A stretch of 63,243 nucleotides of DNA, filler included, from Folioceros fuciformis (taxonomy: Eukaryota), in the NCBI GenBank assembly GCA_049999805.1. It is 3 parts of 2 records of this genome, joined end to end, with 100 filler letters (N's around TTAATTAATTAA, not from the genome) between each part and the next. Parts side by side here need not be neighbours in the genome. Positions count along the whole stretch, not along the records: positions 48,901 to 63,243 come from JBNGIO010006304.1; 2 more parts are not named here. The stretch is one strand, 5' to 3'. A program made the position numbers and the translations under genes. This document shows, piece after piece, positions 59,701 through 63,243 of the stretch. A model generated the notes under the pieces. That model searched no databases. It was not told the origin of the DNA and saw nothing but the letters and a program-made list of their open reading frames with translations. Numbering within the stretch: position 1 is the first letter of the stretch; the number at the start of each line of letters is the position of its first letter.

Positions 59701-61489
59701 CCAAACAGATTTTTTGTGTCAGGTCTCGGTTAGCATGTATGCAAAGTGTGGAAGTGTCACCGATGCACAGGTAGTGTTTGACAAGATGCCCAATCATGAT
59801 GCGCTGTCATGGAATATGTTAATTGCAGCGTATGTCCAGCAGGAGCTAGCTGAAATGGCCTTGGGGCTTTATGAGCGAATGCAAAAGGAGGGTGTTAGTC
59901 CAGATGCTCGGGCCATAGTTAGTGCTCTTCAAGCATGTGGCATGCTCGCAGGAAAGGAGGAGAGAACACTTGTGGCTGGAGAGTCCATCAAAGTGGAGTC
60001 TCTGCGGAAGGGAAAGGAATTACTTGCAGAAGCAGTGGTGGGAGGTTTTGACTCAGATGTGTTTGTTGTGAGCACTTTGATCAGTACATATGCAAAATGT
60101 GGGTGCATCACGGATGCGGAAGAGGTATTTATGAGTTTTTGTGCACATAATTCTGAGTCATGGACAGCAATGCTCGCAGCATATGCTCAGCTGGGCCATG
60201 GCGAGGAGGCCTTGCGCATTTATAGGCTCATGCAACTGGAATCTATGAAGCAAGATGCTTGGAATTTTGTCAGCGCCCTCCAAGCCTGTGGCAGCCTCGC
60301 AGAAAAGGAGAGGCACGAGCTTCTAGATAGACAGCATGTCAAATTACAATGGCTGCAAAAAGGACGTGAAATACATGCTGAGGTTGTTGCAACGGGTTGT
60401 GATGCAGACGTATTTGTTGGCAATGCTCTGGTCAGTATGTATGCAAAATGTGGGAGTGTCGAGGATGCCCTCCTTGTCTTCAACAAATTGCCTAACCGCT
60501 TTGAGGTGACTTGGAACACTATCATCACCGCATGTGCTTACCAGACTCGAGGAGATATGGCCTTGCAGCTCTACGCACAGATGCATGAAGAAGGAGTGAA
60601 GCCGCAGGAAACTACATTTCTTGCTGTCTTAGAAGCATGTGGCAACACAGGACACTTGGATGTCTGTGTGCACGCCCACCAAAGTATTGTACATGGTGAA
60701 TTCATGAGCTCTCTTTCCGTGGGAACAAGTTTGATTCATGCATATGGCAGATGTGGGAGCATGGTGGATGCACAATATGTATTCGACTGTCTACCGCAGT
60801 CAGATGTGGTCTCATGGACTGCATTGATTGCCGGCTATGCCCGCCAAGGGAATTATGAGAGGAGTATTCAATGCTATGAGAGCATGTGTCTGGCTGGCGT
60901 GAAACCAGATAGTATAACTTTCATTGCACTTCTAGCCGTGTGCAGCCATGCTGGCTTGGTGGAGAAAGGACTTGAGTACTTTGAAAGCATGAGAGTGGAT
61001 CATGGCGTGCCTGCTGAAGTCCAGCATTATGTCTGTGTAATCGATCTTGTTGGTCGTGCAGGACTCTTCAGTAAGTTGCAAGAATATCTGTCGGAACTGC
61101 CTACAATACCCGAAATACTGCCTCTATGGCTCTGCCTGCTGAATGCATGCAGGAAGCATGGTAATCTGGTGCTGGGAAGGCATGCCTTTGACTGTGCAGT
61201 CAGCCTACAGCCCAAGCAAGCTGCACCCTACTTGGTGATGTCAAATATATATGCCCAGGCTGGTCTTGTGGACCATGCACAGCAGATAGATGAAATGAGA
61301 GAGAGAGCAGGTGCATGCAAGGAGCCAGGTCAGAGCTGGATAATGCACAAAAGGGAAGTGCACACATTTCTAGTTGGGGACCGACGGCATTCCCAGGATG
61401 CACAGCTATATGGCTTTCTTGAAGACTTAAATTCAGGGTTGCGCAAGATGGGAGACGTGGCAGGCGCTGATCATTTCAATGGGGCTTGA
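56766..61489 (+). CDS. PLS-class pentatricopeptide repeat protein, about 35 motifs including eight P-'long L'-S triplets, ending E1-E2-E+ with no DYW deaminase; putative organellar RNA-editing factor
   Basis: The main exon 57082-61489 is open. A putative first exon 56766-56944 splices in frame (GT at 56945, AG at 57081); otherwise the start is ATG 57089. Motifs VVSWNAM, TFVSALQAC, LVSMYAKCGS, CSHAGLVEKG, HYVCVIDLVGRAG, YLVMSNIYA, KEPGQSWI..VHTFLVGDRRH. Confidence 0.95.
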
Positions 61490-62063
61490 CTTCGGTACAT
61501 CGTTGCACATACGTATACATGACCCAGTTCTCAGTGTCACAGTTTGCAGCGTCATGAATCACACTGCTTGTGTACGTTTGAACTTTTGCACAAGGGGTTG
61601 ATCGACAATCCTTGGTCCAAGTTGCTCCAGGTGGTTCTCCACGTGGTTGAAGGATTTGCTTATGGTGCAAAGGTCGGTAAAGCGCCAGTGGAATTAGCGT
61701 GTGGTTCCGTTTGTCAAGTACCACTTTCATGTTTAAAAAGCAAGTACAAGTTGCAGTCGGGGCGCAGCGCCCTAGCAGCCGCATACAAACGGAGGAAAAC
61801 CACTCTTTTCAACTTGACACCCAAAATTTGGAAGAAAAAGATATTTCCTAAAAAAATGGCTTAAGCCTAGAAGCAAACCTCAAAAAGCGGCACCTCAGAA
61901 ACTGTTTTTAAGAATAGTACCCTTAAGATTATATTATATACAACGAAATCATTTCATAATCATGTTTATACTATATTAACTTTGGTTCATAATTACTTAT
62001 TAAAAATAAGGATAATATTATATAATTAGATTATATGAGTTTTTTTTTGAAAATATTACTGTA

Positions 62064-62201
62064 TGTTAAAGCTTTTACCCATGAGTGATGGGACTTAAAC
62101 TAAGTCCCACAAAAAGTTTTAAATGCCTATATCTAAGCTTATGGCTCTCCCTTGTGTTATTGCTCATGTTTAGCTCTGCTCTTTATCGAGTGGTACCAAA
62201 G
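62064..62201 (+). mobile_element. Possible old short LTR with a degenerate PBS
   Basis: TGTTAAAG start, CCTATAT and a CT-rich end, then TGGTACCAAAG (9 of 11 matching TGGTATCAGAG). No partner LTR in the window. Confidence 0.3.
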
Positions 62202-62982
62202 GAGACCTTAAGAGAAAGTAATGAAGAATGCAAGTGATTTAGAAGATGAGAAGCCAAAGAAGACACCACAAAACTATGGGAGAAGCGGTGGTAGTCCCAT
62301 TGAGAAAAGTTTCCATGCTCAATGGATTGAGTATAACATTCAATCAAAGACAGTTTGGTGCAAAACTTAGCAAAATGGGAGGAAAAGTGCAGTAGGGTGT
62401 AGTTTTGATGGTCGTCTTGATTTAGTTCAAATAACATATTACTATGGCAAGAATAATATCCTCTTCAAGCAATTTTGTCGTGCAATCAATAAACAAGAGA
62501 ATATGGGATTGTAGATATCCTCATAGTACCATGATGACAAAGCTTGTGCTAAGATGGTAACATAACAAGGTCTACGCCAAATGGTCAAATTTCGCTAAAA
62601 CGAGCTTTGGGTAAAAACAAATTGAAAATCCATAACATATATTCAAGATTTGGATGGATTTATCCATGCAAATTGGTTTACTAGTGCGGAGAATCTTCTT
62701 AACCTCCACAAAGCTAAGCCTAATTGCCTTGAAAAGCAGCAATCGACGTCAAGCAAAGGCCTATCCGCTAGAATATTGTCCACACTTCTCCACCCTTATG
62801 GCACTAATTGCTTGCGCTCCAAAGGTTGAGTGAGAAAGCTCTTCCATGGGTTCGGGGATGGGTCAACGGCCCTGATCATCCATTGTGCATGAAGTGCTTT
62901 GGCCTTACTCATAAGGTCCTAGACTCCCTTACTGCCGAGGTTGGATCTAGGACCCCCCTATTGCCGAGGTTGGATCATATAA

Positions 62983-63243
62983 TGTCATGCAACTTGAAAC
63001 AATAGTTAAGTTAGTATAGTCATTAGGCTAGGATTAAACCCGAACTCGACGGGTTCCGGTCGTTGTAACCGTTTCACGTGACACACAAAAGTGTGCCACA
63101 CCTGATGAATCGATTGATCCTAAACAAGCTAAACTTCGCATGGTATCAGAGCATGGATACCGCGATCTGTCCAATCTGCAGGCGCGCTGTTTGCACGAAT
63201 CCTATCTCTATCTCGGAGATTGGAACGCTCATGTATCTGATCA
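62983..63243 (+). mobile_element. 5' end of an LTR retrotransposon (short LTR, PBS, start of an ORF) running off the window
   Basis: Perfect PBS(Met-i) TGGTATCAGAGC at 63141-63152 directly after ..CA (63140). The LTR start at TGTCATG (62983) is tentative. ATG at 63153 is open to the window end. Confidence 0.7.

Overview
Eukaryotic nuclear DNA from a compact land-plant genome. Short introns (mostly about 80-250 nt) and a very long PLS-PPR with elongated L motifs point to a non-seed plant, most plausibly a hornwort; this is inference only. Two 100-nt N44-TTAATTAATTAA-N44 linkers (25499-25598, 48801-48900) are artificial joins, so the window is three blocks whose adjacency is unproven. Block 1 (1-25498) is a transposon nest: several decayed Ty1/Copia elements with LTR, PBS, PPT and TSD resolvable by eye (some nested), a non-coding LTR-element remnant with minisatellites, a pogo/Tigger-type transposase pseudogene and one orphan ORF. 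Two of the Copia elements carry accessory ORFs, one antisense at the 3' end and one upstream of gag. Block 2 (25599-48800) holds the last exon of an EAR-motif (BES1/BZR-like) protein, an unresolved low-complexity region, a GT29 (GALT29A-like) gene, a MITE, a DUF4097/FAM185A-like gene, a UTR5-like nucleotide-sugar transporter, 20S proteasome alpha-3 and a second pogo relic. Block 3 (48901-63243) holds an EF-hand mitochondrial carrier, an intronless PsbR, a NERD-domain gene, a tRNA-Ala/LINE-tail chimera (SINE-like), a roughly 35-motif PLS-E+ PPR gene and the start of another LTR element. All family calls come from motif recognition; no searches were run.
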